Below, piece by piece: positions 19,268 to 28,518 of a stretch of 57,765 nucleotides of DNA. A program made the translations under genes and the position numbers. Source of the DNA: an uncultured virus (IMG/VR IMGVR_UViG_3300009151_000002) (Duplodnaviria; Heunggongvirae; Uroviricota; Caudoviricetes); the IMG/VR virus record IMGVR_UViG_3300009151_000002, one strand, 5' to 3'. The stretch's first letter is position 1. The number at the start of each line of letters is the position of its first letter. A model generated the notes under the pieces. The model saw nothing but the letters and a program-made list of their open reading frames with translations, did not search any database and was not told the origin of the DNA.

Positions 19268-20833
19268 TTATTGACTTATACAATTTCCACAGCCGCATTC
19301 TGCAGGTGCGCAGCAAGACAATGCTTGAGTGCAATTAAAGTCAGGATCATTTAAAGCCTGTAAATCAATGACTTCTTTATTAACTATTAATCTTTCATCA
19401 TCATCAGGACAACAGTTACTTATACCATATCTTTGTTGTAAAACTTGTCTGTATAATACTTCAGCAGTTTCACAAGTTATTTTTTCAAATCTCTCAGGAT
19501 CACAATTCGGAGTTGTATAACCTGGTCTCATCATTCTACCAGTAATATCTACAGGACATATTTTATTTAAAATATTATTAGGATCCTCAACACAATCACC
19601 ATATTCAGTTACTATATCTGTGTTAAGATGAATAAGTATCCATTGATTAACACAACGCTTAGTACTAGTTGCACCTGGAGCTAATGTAAAAGTTTGTTCT
19701 ACTTCTAAACAATCCTTATAAGTATAAGTTAATGTTTCACTTGTTGTATTTTTAACTTTTGTACAAGTACATTCTACAACTGCCAAACATGTTGGACAAT
19801 CCTCATATTGTTGAGTAACGGATACTCCTACAGCATTTTCATAATCTGGAGTAGGTGAAGTTTGTACTGACCAACAACTTGGGTAACCGGCTAACTTTAA
19901 TATGTCAGACCCATATGAAGTCATATCAGTAAATGTTGTAATTGGTGCTAACTCACCTCCACAATCATAGAGTATAAAATATGCTCTTGAACATTGCTCA
20001 CATGAATCATATGCATTTTCAACAACAAAAGTTTGTGTATTAGGAGGTCTAAAATCTATTTGTTCTACAAACCAACAATCTCCACAATCTAAAGAAACTA
20101 TTTTTCCAACATACTCAGATAAATCTTCTTCAGAATATTTTACTAATGATAAGTTTTCACAATTAGTAAGAGTATAAGCTACAATTGGTAAACATGTTTC
20201 ACAAGAACTATATATAAGATTTATACTTACATCTTCAAAACATTCACATTCAACTCCTAAGTCTATAGTCCAGCAACCATCAAGTTCATTTAAAGTAATT
20301 GTGCTACCATTTGCATAAGCTGCAAATAAACTTTGATTATTAGAATGAATAATTTGACCTGTTGCACAATTAGTTAATTCATAACATGAAATATTACAAC
20401 CACCAACTATTTCACAACCTTCACTAATAACATTAATTAGTGGGTTTTGTATTGAAACATATGGTTTTGTTTTAGTACATATATTAGCTGGCAAAGATGT
20501 AGTAGTCTCAACATCATTATAGTTAATATATCTTACAGTACCAATTCCACCACCTATAGTAATACAAGAAGCTATACATGGATCACAACTTGCACCATCA
20601 TATGTAAGGCCATTATTTATAACTGCAAATGTAGGAGGTGTTCCTGAAAATAATTTTACAGTAAAACAACCTAAATTTTCAAGAAAAATATTATCATATA
20701 CTTCAATTGTAGTATTCAAATATGCATTGAATAAAATTGCTTGTGTAAAAATTACAGGTTGGTTTGAATCATAGCAAGGATATAAAATATACCATTGATT
20801 TCCTCTCACAGATGTAAAACTTTCTTGTGCCAT
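19268..20833 (-). CDS. Cys-rich repeat structural protein
   Basis: 521 aa. Four ~70-aa repeats Y-x-L-x-x-C...C-[WF]-x-[VI]...CxxC. Confidence 0.55.
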   Translation of the reverse strand: MAQESFTSVRGNQWYILYPCYDSNQPVIFTQAILFNAYLNTTIEVYDNIFLENLGCFTVKLFSGTPPTFAVINNGLTYDGASCDPCIASCITIGGGIGTVRYINYNDVETTTSLPANICTKTKPYVSIQNPLINVISEGCEIVGGCNISCYELTNCATGQIIHSNNQSLFAAYANGSTITLNELDGCWTIDLGVECECFEDVSINLIYSSCETCLPIVAYTLTNCENLSLVKYSEEDLSEYVGKIVSLDCGDCWFVEQIDFRPPNTQTFVVENAYDSCEQCSRAYFILYDCGGELAPITTFTDMTSYGSDILKLAGYPSCWSVQTSPTPDYENAVGVSVTQQYEDCPTCLAVVECTCTKVKNTTSETLTYTYKDCLEVEQTFTLAPGATSTKRCVNQWILIHLNTDIVTEYGDCVEDPNNILNKICPVDITGRMMRPGYTTPNCDPERFEKITCETAEVLYRQVLQQRYGISNCCPDDDERLIVNKEVIDLQALNDPDFNCTQALSCCAPAECGCGNCISQ

Positions 20834-20840
20834 GTTTTAT

Positions 20841-21035
20841 TTATTTATTTGCTGTGTATCTATCAGCACCCCAAACATTTTTGTTTACTGTTGGTGCTGT
20901 AGGAACTATTTGTTTTTTATCTTGTAATCCTTTTTCATAAAAGGCTAAACAACTTGAACAACAAGATGTTCCATTACTTGCTCTTCTCTTTTGACATCCG
21001 CAAGACATTTTTGCATTACAATTACTACAATTCAT
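20841..21035 (-). CDS. Small Cys-rich (metallothionein/Zn-finger-like) protein
   Basis: Start moved to ATG 21035 because it is preceded by the AAACCAACAAAA leader and avoids overlap: MNCSNCNAKMSCGCQ...SCCSSC. Confidence 0.55.
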   Translation of the reverse strand: MNCSNCNAKMSCGCQKRRASNGTSCCSSCLAFYEKGLQDKKQIVPTAPTVNKNVWGADRYTANK

Positions 21036-21054
21036 TTTTGTTGGTTTTAAAGGT

Positions 21055-21624
21055 TTAACAATTATTACATTCAAATTTATTCAAAAGTTTTAATGCATAG
21101 TTATATAAACTCATTCCTTTTTGTGGTTCATGACAAAATTCTACTTTTGACTTAGCAGATTCTAAATACATTTTTATTAATCTAAGTCTTTCTAGTTTTG
21201 TTTTTATCTTAGCTGGAGGATCACAGGCAGCTAAATCAACATTACATAAAACTTTATAATATTTATTTAAGGCTTGAGAAATTCTCAAATAATTATATTC
21301 TACAAATAGTAAATTGTTTGGTGAAACACTGTATCTAATTGCATAAATACCATCTGGTATATTTGCTAGTATAGTATCACAATTTTCTTTTTGTAATCCA
21401 AGATCACATGCTGTTAAATTGATATGCCCACCCTCAACAAAATTTATCATCTTGTCACCAATAATTTCAGTTGAGTAACCAAAACCAGGAACTGTAATTG
21501 TTAGTGTAGGACATATAATAGGAATATTAGGTGATGTAGTTTGATACACACTAGTATCAAAAATTTTCATCACACAGGTATTTAATACCGTAGGTATATC
21601 TAAACTTAATATATGATTTGCCAT
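21055..21624 (-). CDS. Putative tail hub/structural protein
   Basis: 189 aa. IFDTSVY...LTITVPGF...IPDGIYAIRYSVSP pattern seen in crAss-like structural modules. Confidence 0.5.
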   Translation of the reverse strand: MANHILSLDIPTVLNTCVMKIFDTSVYQTTSPNIPIICPTLTITVPGFGYSTEIIGDKMINFVEGGHINLTACDLGLQKENCDTILANIPDGIYAIRYSVSPNNLLFVEYNYLRISQALNKYYKVLCNVDLAACDPPAKIKTKLERLRLIKMYLESAKSKVEFCHEPQKGMSLYNYALKLLNKFECNNC

Positions 21625-21635
21625 AGTTCCTTAAA

Positions 21636-21678
21636 ATAAAAAAAGGAGAGAAGAGTTTGAAACTCTCACTCTCCTTTT
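21636..21678 (-). terminator. Rho-independent terminator
   Basis: AAAAGGAGAG...CTCTCCTTTT long stem followed by a T-run on the minus strand. Confidence 0.8.
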
Positions 21679-21700
21679 AAAGTTATTATTTTTTTTCCTA

Positions 21701-23287
21701 TTAAATTAATGCAGGAATATCTACAACTGGTGTACAGTCTGAACCACATTCAAATGTTTCTAAACCACCACAGTTATTTCCACAAGCGTTTAACCATGTA
21801 TCAACAAATAGTGTGAAAGATTGTCCTTGAGCACCATCAGTTGGAGTTACAGTAGAAGCAACAATAATTTCTAATAAGTATTGATCATTGTCAAAAGTAC
21901 TAGATGCATTATTGAAACGTGGAACATGATGTTGGATATAAAATCTATTGTAAGATGAATTTCTATCAATAACATTCAACATTTGGTTTCCTTGTGTAAT
22001 CTCACGGATACGGAAATCAGAATGGAAGAAGTTTTGTCTGTATCTTTCTGAAAGAATTACATCTCTCAATACAGTTTCACCTAAACCATTTGCTTGTCTT
22101 CCTTGACACTCAGTAACTATACACAATCCTTGAAATTCACATGGATCACCGTTTAAATCAGTTTCAGAAGCATACAATCTTACTGGTTCTTTTTCATAGA
22201 AGTCAGAAACTTGGAATGTACAATCACCAAATTTAGTATCTACATAAGCACCAAATAATGTTATACCTGCATATTGACCAGCACTATGTCCTGGAGATAC
22301 ATAATGATCCCAAGTACCACCAATTGAATAACCAGCTGGAGCAGCTAATACAGAAGTATCAGTTCCTGGTTTGTACCATAATGTATTATTCTCAGCAGTA
22401 ACTACTGGATAAACAAATGGAGAAATCAATGGAGAAGCAACAATTTGTTGAGCCCATTTAATAAATACTTCAGTACTATCTACTGGAGTTGGAACAATAC
22501 TTCCTGTTGGACAACATCCAGTGTAAGCAGTTAATGTCAAGTAAGCATTGTGATTTAAAAATCTTAATGCTGGAGAACCTTTAATATCTAAACGTAAGTT
22601 ATATGTCTCACCACATAAGAAATCTTTTTTACAAGCTTCTTTAGCACCAGCTGTATCAACAGTTAATACAACTTGAGTGATACCACTTCCGTTATCAAGT
22701 AATTGACCAGCAATTGAAGTTAATGAATCACTTGCTGCATAACCTGTACCACCATTAACAATTTCTACTACAGTAGCTTGTCCACCTACAACAGTAACTT
22801 TAGCAATAAATCCAGCACCTGAACCACCTGAGAATTCAACTTCATTATAAACACCATCTACAATGTTGTTACCATTATTACTGATTGTAAGTGTTAACAC
22901 TTGGTCATCAGTAAATGGAGTGTATCCAACGTGAAGGACATTTTGTGAAGCAGGACATGCAGGAGCAAAATAAAATTTGCTTACATATTTTGGGTTGATT
23001 TCTTTAGACTTGTTAGACTCTAAATATCCACCGTGAAAAGGTCCAATTTTATCTTTTGAAAATAAAGAACCTGAAGCCAAAATTAATGGGCAACATCCTG
23101 AACCAGAAAAAGAAGTTGGTTGAACCAACCAAGTTTTAGGATTAACAAAAGCATACTGTCCAGCTGCTAAAATGTTTCCTGTAGTTCCTAATACACCTTG
23201 ATTTAACGCGGTGTAACCTTGTGTACCTGGAGATAAAGCGTTAACTCCAACAAAGGCTTTTTGAAAAGCATGATTAAAATAACTCAT
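21701..23287 (-). CDS. Abundant virion structural protein (possible auxiliary capsid protein)
   Basis: 528 aa with its own promoter box and terminator; position equivalent to the conserved crAss-like structural gene after the ring protein. Function is inferred from synteny. Confidence 0.45.
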   Translation of the reverse strand: MSYFNHAFQKAFVGVNALSPGTQGYTALNQGVLGTTGNILAAGQYAFVNPKTWLVQPTSFSGSGCCPLILASGSLFSKDKIGPFHGGYLESNKSKEINPKYVSKFYFAPACPASQNVLHVGYTPFTDDQVLTLTISNNGNNIVDGVYNEVEFSGGSGAGFIAKVTVVGGQATVVEIVNGGTGYAASDSLTSIAGQLLDNGSGITQVVLTVDTAGAKEACKKDFLCGETYNLRLDIKGSPALRFLNHNAYLTLTAYTGCCPTGSIVPTPVDSTEVFIKWAQQIVASPLISPFVYPVVTAENNTLWYKPGTDTSVLAAPAGYSIGGTWDHYVSPGHSAGQYAGITLFGAYVDTKFGDCTFQVSDFYEKEPVRLYASETDLNGDPCEFQGLCIVTECQGRQANGLGETVLRDVILSERYRQNFFHSDFRIREITQGNQMLNVIDRNSSYNRFYIQHHVPRFNNASSTFDNDQYLLEIIVASTVTPTDGAQGQSFTLFVDTWLNACGNNCGGLETFECGSDCTPVVDIPALI

Positions 23288-23323
23288 TGTTTTTTTGTTT
23301 TAATTAATAAATAACACTAATTA

Positions 23324-23331
23324 TAATATAC
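23324..23331 (-). promoter_or_regulatory. Putative late promoter box (GTATATTA)
   Basis: CTTTTAGTATATTA upstream of ATG 23287. Confidence 0.5.
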
Positions 23332-23354
23332 TAAAAGATTTTATAATATCAAAA

Positions 23355-23807
23355 TTATTTCAAGAAAAGTAATTTATATTTTGCAGAATTCATACTTGAT
23401 TTGACTAAGTCAAGATCATTTACAATTTCTGAGTAAGGCATTTTGTCTTGTAACTTACAAACCATATCACACATATCTTTTAAATAATCAATACCGTCAG
23501 CAACAGTATTTAATTTTCTAGGAGCAACTTCTTCATAAGATAATAATTTTTCACTAGCTCCTTGGAAACCTTCTGCTAAATCATCAGCATGTCCAGGTAA
23601 TGCATCATACAACTCATTAAGAGCTTTGTGAGCAGCAAAAGATCCAGCCCCAGTTACTTTTAAATGTAACTTGTGGAAACTAGTTGCAGCATTCATTAAT
23701 TCACTTACACAAGCTGCAGTAAGGGATTCTACATTACCATTAGCTGGAGCAGTAGCATATTCACTACTTGCTTTAACTGCACCCGGTCTCTTTAACATTC
23801 TTTGCAT
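23355..23807 (-). CDS. Dps/ferritin-like protein
   Basis: HKLHLKVTGAGSFAAHKALNELYD...DDLAE matches the Dps signature H-x-x-H-W-x-V-x-G...H-x-x-x-x-E-x-Y...D-x-x-AE. Confidence 0.75.
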   Translation of the reverse strand: MQRMLKRPGAVKASSEYATAPANGNVESLTAACVSELMNAATSFHKLHLKVTGAGSFAAHKALNELYDALPGHADDLAEGFQGASEKLLSYEEVAPRKLNTVADGIDYLKDMCDMVCKLQDKMPYSEIVNDLDLVKSSMNSAKYKLLFLK

Positions 23808-23812
23808 ATCTA

Positions 23813-24511
23813 TTAGTTATTTCTTTCTGATGCCTGTGAGTTTCTAGAGTATTGATTTGTTGATTCAATATCTCCTGCTATTATAGCTACAGCATCATCA
23901 ATTATTAGTTCTACTATATCATCTTTGAATTCACATAATACATCTGCTGTAGAAGCAACTCCGGTATATGGGTCTGAGCAGTTTAAAAACTGGACCCTTA
24001 CTGGTTGTCTATAGTAAGTTAATGATGCATTAGGAATTTCAAATTTATCATTGGTATATATTTTAACACCATTATCCATTAGAGTAGCAAATGTTTCAGC
24101 CCATTCAAAACTAGGTTCTTTAGCCTTATCTCTTAAAAGTAAACTCAAGTCATCTTCTTCAGCCAAGTATACCACCATCTTTCTCTTATCGCAGCATTCT
24201 TTATTTGCATACACATCTACTCTCTTCCACTGTAAATAATTACCCGGTAAAGATGCTTCATAATATAAATCTCTTTTTCCTAAAGTAAGATTTTCTAATA
24301 CAAGTAATCTTTGAAGATCATCTTTTCTTCTGTTACTAGATTCATCTCCTTCTTTAAAAGCATTAGTACCATGTAGCTGTCTTCTTACCCATTCTACCTG
24401 AGCTTTATTAAATGCCTCAACTATTTGCCAACATTGAATGTTGTCATAGTCTTGAGAATCTAATTTATTCAGCCTTTGTTTTACTTTTATTTCAATAGTG
24501 CTATTTAACAT
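23813..24511 (-). CDS. Tail ring/head-tail connector protein (crAss-like conserved)
   Basis: 232 aa. AFNKAQ.EW...ESS.RRKDDLQRL...LTYYRQP...ELIIDDAV pattern typical of crAss-like ring proteins. Confidence 0.65.
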   Translation of the reverse strand: MLNSTIEIKVKQRLNKLDSQDYDNIQCWQIVEAFNKAQVEWVRRQLHGTNAFKEGDESSNRRKDDLQRLLVLENLTLGKRDLYYEASLPGNYLQWKRVDVYANKECCDKRKMVVYLAEEDDLSLLLRDKAKEPSFEWAETFATLMDNGVKIYTNDKFEIPNASLTYYRQPVRVQFLNCSDPYTGVASTADVLCEFKDDIVELIIDDAVAIIAGDIESTNQYSRNSQASERNN

Positions 24512-24513
24512 TA

Positions 24514-25008
24514 CTAGTCATTTAAAGTTCTTCTTGGGCGGTTAGTATATTTGATTCCTGCAGCTGCGGCAGCTGTACCAACAACTACTGCTTGTTTAAT
24601 TCTTTTTTTCTTTTGAGGTGACATTGGTTTTTTGCCGGAAGTTGTTTTATTTGTTTTTTGTGAATTTAAATCATCCATCAATCTTTTTTCTTCTGATACT
24701 AATTTAGCTTTATCAACTTTAGCTTTATCAGCAACTACTCTTTCAGCAGCTTTAATTTTTTCAGCTTTCATTTCAGATTTGACACCTCTAGCAAAACCTT
24801 TTCCTGCAGCTTTAATACCTTTACCTCCAGCTTTAACAAATGATACAGGACCCTTAATTGCAGGAGCATTTCCAACAGCCTTATAATATGCTTTACCACC
24901 TCTAACAGTTGCTTTACCAGCAACTTTACCAGTTGCTACCATAGCACGAACCATAGGTTTAATCATTTTACCCATCATTGCTTTCGGAAGTTCTTTTTTC
25001 TTTGCCAT
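24514..25008 (-). CDS. Lys/Ala-rich basic protein
   Basis: 164 aa starting MAKKKELPKAMMG; C-terminal hydrophobic stretch AVVVGTAAAAAGI. Confidence 0.6.
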   Translation of the reverse strand: MAKKKELPKAMMGKMIKPMVRAMVATGKVAGKATVRGGKAYYKAVGNAPAIKGPVSFVKAGGKGIKAAGKGFARGVKSEMKAEKIKAAERVVADKAKVDKAKLVSEEKRLMDDLNSQKTNKTTSGKKPMSPQKKKRIKQAVVVGTAAAAAGIKYTNRPRRTLND

Positions 25009-25010
25009 AA

Positions 25011-25361
25011 TTATTTCTTTTTATATATGTCACAAATTAATTTATAATTACATGTAAGTTCTTCACCAACTTTAATATCTTTTAATGCTATACATGTTCC
25101 ATCTTCCATGTCAATACAATTTGGATTATCTGAATGATTCATAAATCTCATATTATCAAAATATGTTTGATATATATCTCCTTGTTTTGAATTATAAAAA
25201 TTAAAAAAATTTATATACCCTTTTGGTATATCAGTTGCTTTAACTTTAATATCAAATTTATTTAATTTAGCAATCACATCATTTTTTGATATTGATTGTA
25301 AAGTAAATAAACCCAAACCATGGATTTCAGATACATCAACTTTTGTATTTATAAGAAGCAT
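25011..25361 (-). CDS. SET-domain protein-lysine methyltransferase
   Basis: 116 aa with all SET motifs: SEIHGLGLF, RFMNHSDNPN, ALKDIKVGEELTCNY. Confidence 0.9.
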   Translation of the reverse strand: MLLINTKVDVSEIHGLGLFTLQSISKNDVIAKLNKFDIKVKATDIPKGYINFFNFYNSKQGDIYQTYFDNMRFMNHSDNPNCIDMEDGTCIALKDIKVGEELTCNYKLICDIYKKK

Positions 25362-25363
25362 AA

Positions 25364-25510
25364 TTATTTCTTTTTTGCCATTGCTTTAAATGTCTTAGCC
25401 AAAGCTTTTCTCTTTGGTGTACAAGTAGGTTTAGACATTGGAGTGCAGTAACCCTTATGTTTAGGGTTAACTGCTTTTTGTATCCAATTTTTATCCTTCT
25501 TCTCAGCCAT
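25364..25510 (-). CDS. Small basic protein (48 aa), not in ORF track
   Basis: MAEKKDKNWIQKAVNPKHKGYCTPMSKPTCTPKRKALAKTFKAMAKKK*; fills the gap with 2-nt spacing to both neighbours. Confidence 0.75.
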   Translation of the reverse strand: MAEKKDKNWIQKAVNPKHKGYCTPMSKPTCTPKRKALAKTFKAMAKKK

Positions 25511-25512
25511 AA

Positions 25513-26232
25513 TTAACAATTATTTTTCTTAACCATTCCTCCTTTTTTAGCAAACATTGGTTTAAACGCTGGTCTAGAAGGTCCTTTCATTGGAACAGGA
25601 CTATCAATCATTTTGTTTTTTAGAGTTGTTGTTTTCTTTGGTGCAACTGTTTTATTAACTATAGGTTTTTTAGGAGCTGTAGTTGTTCCACCTGTTTGCA
25701 TTTTACCTTTACCTTTGTCAATATCTTGTAACATTTTTTTTAGTCTTGCTCTTTCAGCAAGTTTAAATGCATCTGATACATCTGATTTAGTAGCCGCCTT
25801 TCTAAAATCTAATACAGGTTTAGCTGCTTTTTTAACAGTCTTACCAGCATTAGCAACTTTTTTAACTGTGTTACCAGCTTCAAGTGCTTTACCAACAAAT
25901 TTTACAATCTTACCTAATTGAGCTTTTGGTTTAACAACACCACCATTCTTATAATTGATTTTATCAAAATCTACAGGTACTGTGGCAGGTTTTTTAAGTG
26001 TATCAGATGACTTTTTTTTCCACCCTTGTTTTTCCAAATAGTCTCTATCAAATGGTGAAACAGCTGGTTTTTGTTTACTAGTAGTATCACTTTTTACAGG
26101 TGGTATATAACCTGATCCATTCTTTCTTACATACTTCAATGTTTCTTTAGTTGAAGTAGGTTTTTGACCCATTGCTTTCTGCATTGCCTCTGCAGGTCCG
26201 CCTGATTGATATTTTTTCTTTATTGTTGCCAT
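25513..26232 (-). CDS. Lys-rich low-complexity protein with five GG-type motifs
   Basis: 239 aa; YQSGG, YKNGG, AQLG, MQTGG, AKKGG. Confidence 0.65.
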   Translation of the reverse strand: MATIKKKYQSGGPAEAMQKAMGQKPTSTKETLKYVRKNGSGYIPPVKSDTTSKQKPAVSPFDRDYLEKQGWKKKSSDTLKKPATVPVDFDKINYKNGGVVKPKAQLGKIVKFVGKALEAGNTVKKVANAGKTVKKAAKPVLDFRKAATKSDVSDAFKLAERARLKKMLQDIDKGKGKMQTGGTTTAPKKPIVNKTVAPKKTTTLKNKMIDSPVPMKGPSRPAFKPMFAKKGGMVKKNNC

Positions 26233-26251
26233 TGTATTTAGATTTTATAAA

Positions 26252-26590
26252 TTACTTTTTCTTATTCATTTTTGCACCAGCAATTCTATCTGCTGCAGTA
26301 GCTCTAGGGTTTTTATCTATACCAGCTTTAACAGATAGCATACCAAAAGTAGAACCACCTTTTTTAAAGCTTGGTCTTTCAGATACACATCCACCAGTAG
26401 CAGATCTAACTTTACCCGGAGGGCAAGAATGTTTAACAGCAGTTACTTTAGAACCACCTTTTTGCATACTTAAATTTCCTGTAGTACCTGTTTGAGGAAT
26501 ACCAAAGATTCCCATTTTTGCATTACTTCCTCCTATTGTAGCTCCACCAGATTTCATCTTAGCTCCACCACATTTCATACACTTTGCCAT
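26252..26590 (-). CDS. Small basic protein with four GG-type motifs
   Basis: 112 aa; MKCGG, MKSGG, MQKGG, FKKGG. Confidence 0.65.
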   Translation of the reverse strand: MAKCMKCGGAKMKSGGATIGGSNAKMGIFGIPQTGTTGNLSMQKGGSKVTAVKHSCPPGKVRSATGGCVSERPSFKKGGSTFGMLSVKAGIDKNPRATAADRIAGAKMNKKK

Positions 26591-26615
26591 ATTATATAAG
26601 TTTTAACAATATTTA

Positions 26616-26948
26616 CTAATTATTAATCATACTTTTAACTTTACTTCTTGACACTGGTTTTTTAGTAACCTTTTTATTTCCGTTTGTTATTGATATTGCT
26701 GGAAAACTTTGTTTACCTTTTGCATAACCATTAGTATCAACTATTGTAGTTTTATTGTGTAAGTTTAAATTTGAAAATGGTAAACCTCCTTTATTATTAG
26801 TGATTTTTAAACCTTTTTCTTTTTCAACAAGCTTACCACCTTTTATTGGTTTTACTGCTTTATTACCTGTGTATAATGTTTTTGAATCTGTTCTTAATAA
26901 ACTAGATTTTTTATAATCAACTTTACCACCTGTTTGCATTTTTTTCAT
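26616..26948 (-). CDS. Small basic protein with N-terminal MQTGG motif
   Basis: 110 aa starting MKKMQTGG. Confidence 0.6.
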   Translation of the reverse strand: MKKMQTGGKVDYKKSSLLRTDSKTLYTGNKAVKPIKGGKLVEKEKGLKITNNKGGLPFSNLNLHNKTTIVDTNGYAKGKQSFPAISITNGNKKVTKKPVSRSKVKSMINN

Positions 26949-26960
26949 GATATATATGTT

Positions 26961-27533
26961 TTAACAATTCCATTTTCTTAAATATTCTTCTGCTTCAGAA
27001 GACTCTTTATTATAATATAGTAAATAAATCCGTGCAAACTCTAATAGAAATGGATCATCTTTAAAGTGACCTAAACCCATATTACAGTTATTGCAAAGCA
27101 TTCCCCTTACTATATTTGTAGTATGACAGTGATCAACTACAAGTTTTTCTTCAGATCCACATATAATACAACTTTCAGTTTTAATTAATTCTTTTAAATC
27201 TTCATCACTAATCATTGATCTATACTGACCTCTTCTTATTTCACTTCTATAATTTCCTCTACATGTTTTACACCAACTGTCAAAACCATCTAATGTTCTT
27301 TTATGTGCTGTAAAGAATTCATTTGTTCTTGGATTTTCTATGTTACATTTTTTACATGTTTTGTTTTCTGAAAAACCCTTTTCTAATTGTATTTTATTAT
27401 TATACTCTTTTGAACATGAAATACTACAAAAAACAGTATTATTCTTTTTTAAAGTTTTTTCAATATCTGACTTACCTCTTATAAAAAGAGTATTACAATG
27501 TGTACAATTATATTCTATTTTCTTTGATGGCAT
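26961..27533 (-). mobile_element. Free-standing endonuclease VII-like (His-Me) homing endonuclease
   Basis: CIICG...LVVDHCHTTNIVRGMLCNNCNMGLGHFKDD endo VII signature with N-terminal Zn fingers; flanked by 14-bp direct repeats. Confidence 0.8.
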
Positions 27534-27534
27534 A

Positions 27535-27813
27535 TCAACAATTCCATTTTTTCCTTGCTAATCTTAATCTACTATTTGGGTCTTTAGCTGCTTTTGGAAA
27601 ATTAGCCATTTGCCCTGCAGATCTAGCACAAAAACTTTTTCTTCTCTTAGCATCTTTGCTATCTGGATCAAGCTTTGATGGCTTAGTAGTCACAGCTGTC
27701 TTCATATTTCCCCCAGTAGCATTATTGTATTTAGCTACCCCTTTTGCTGTAAGACCTCCAGACTTTGATTTTTCACCCCTAGAAATTGATAGTGACACAC
27801 TTTTCTTGCTCAT
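27535..27813 (-). CDS. Conserved small basic phage protein (DUF6321-like)
   Basis: GGLTAKGVAKYN...KRRKSFCARS.GQ...KDPNSRLRLARKKWNC family pattern. Confidence 0.7.
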   Translation of the reverse strand: MSKKSVSLSISRGEKSKSGGLTAKGVAKYNNATGGNMKTAVTTKPSKLDPDSKDAKRRKSFCARSAGQMANFPKAAKDPNSRLRLARKKWNC

Positions 27814-28507
27814 AATCTTTTAAATATTTAAAATTATATTTATCACTTGTTCTTTTTCCAGTGCAAACCATGCTTATAAATGAATGACTAATGTTATATA
27901 CTTGTTTTGCTTCATTTATACAAGAATAAACAATATTAGTATTTAAATCTATAACTTTTTTTGCAAAACCATTATTACCTAATGTTTGGCTAATACTCAT
28001 TTTTTGTTTTGATAAGTCACTAGTTTTCTTTCCGTAATTCCAATGTCTATCACTTCTTGGTCTATCTGTTCTTTCAGATGCTAACTTACTCATTACTTTT
28101 TTAGTTTCTTCTGAATGTTTTTTTCCTTTTCTTGGGTCTGGATTATTTAATCTATAAAGTCTATTTTTTTCTTTTATTTTTTCAATAGTTGCTATTGTAT
28201 GTTTTACAGAATAGTCACCACCTTTTGTTCTATTATATCCATTTGGAACCATAGAGTTTAGTTCTTGAATAAACTGTACTTCAAATAGTTTTGCATCTTC
28301 TAAAGTTAAATTATCTTTTAGTATTTCAAATTTAAATTTTTCAAACCCATACTTTTTAATAGCCAAACAAAAAACAACTGCTCTGCTTCTCATTCCTTTA
28401 TGTTGCTTAAATCTTCTTTTTACATCAGAAGTAATACCAATATACTTTTTATTATTAATATTATTTGTAAAACAATACATTGAATAAAGTGCAGCTGTCT
28501 TTGCCAT
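27779..28507 (-). mobile_element. GIY-YIG homing endonuclease with NUMOD3/NUMOD1-like DNA-binding repeats
   Basis: SMYCFTNNINNKKYIGIT...R...H...E...GYNRTKGG, then KGKKHSEETKKVMS. Start moved to 28507 (MAKTAA) to avoid overlap with the upstream gene. Confidence 0.85.
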
Positions 28508-28518
28508 AGTTATTAATT

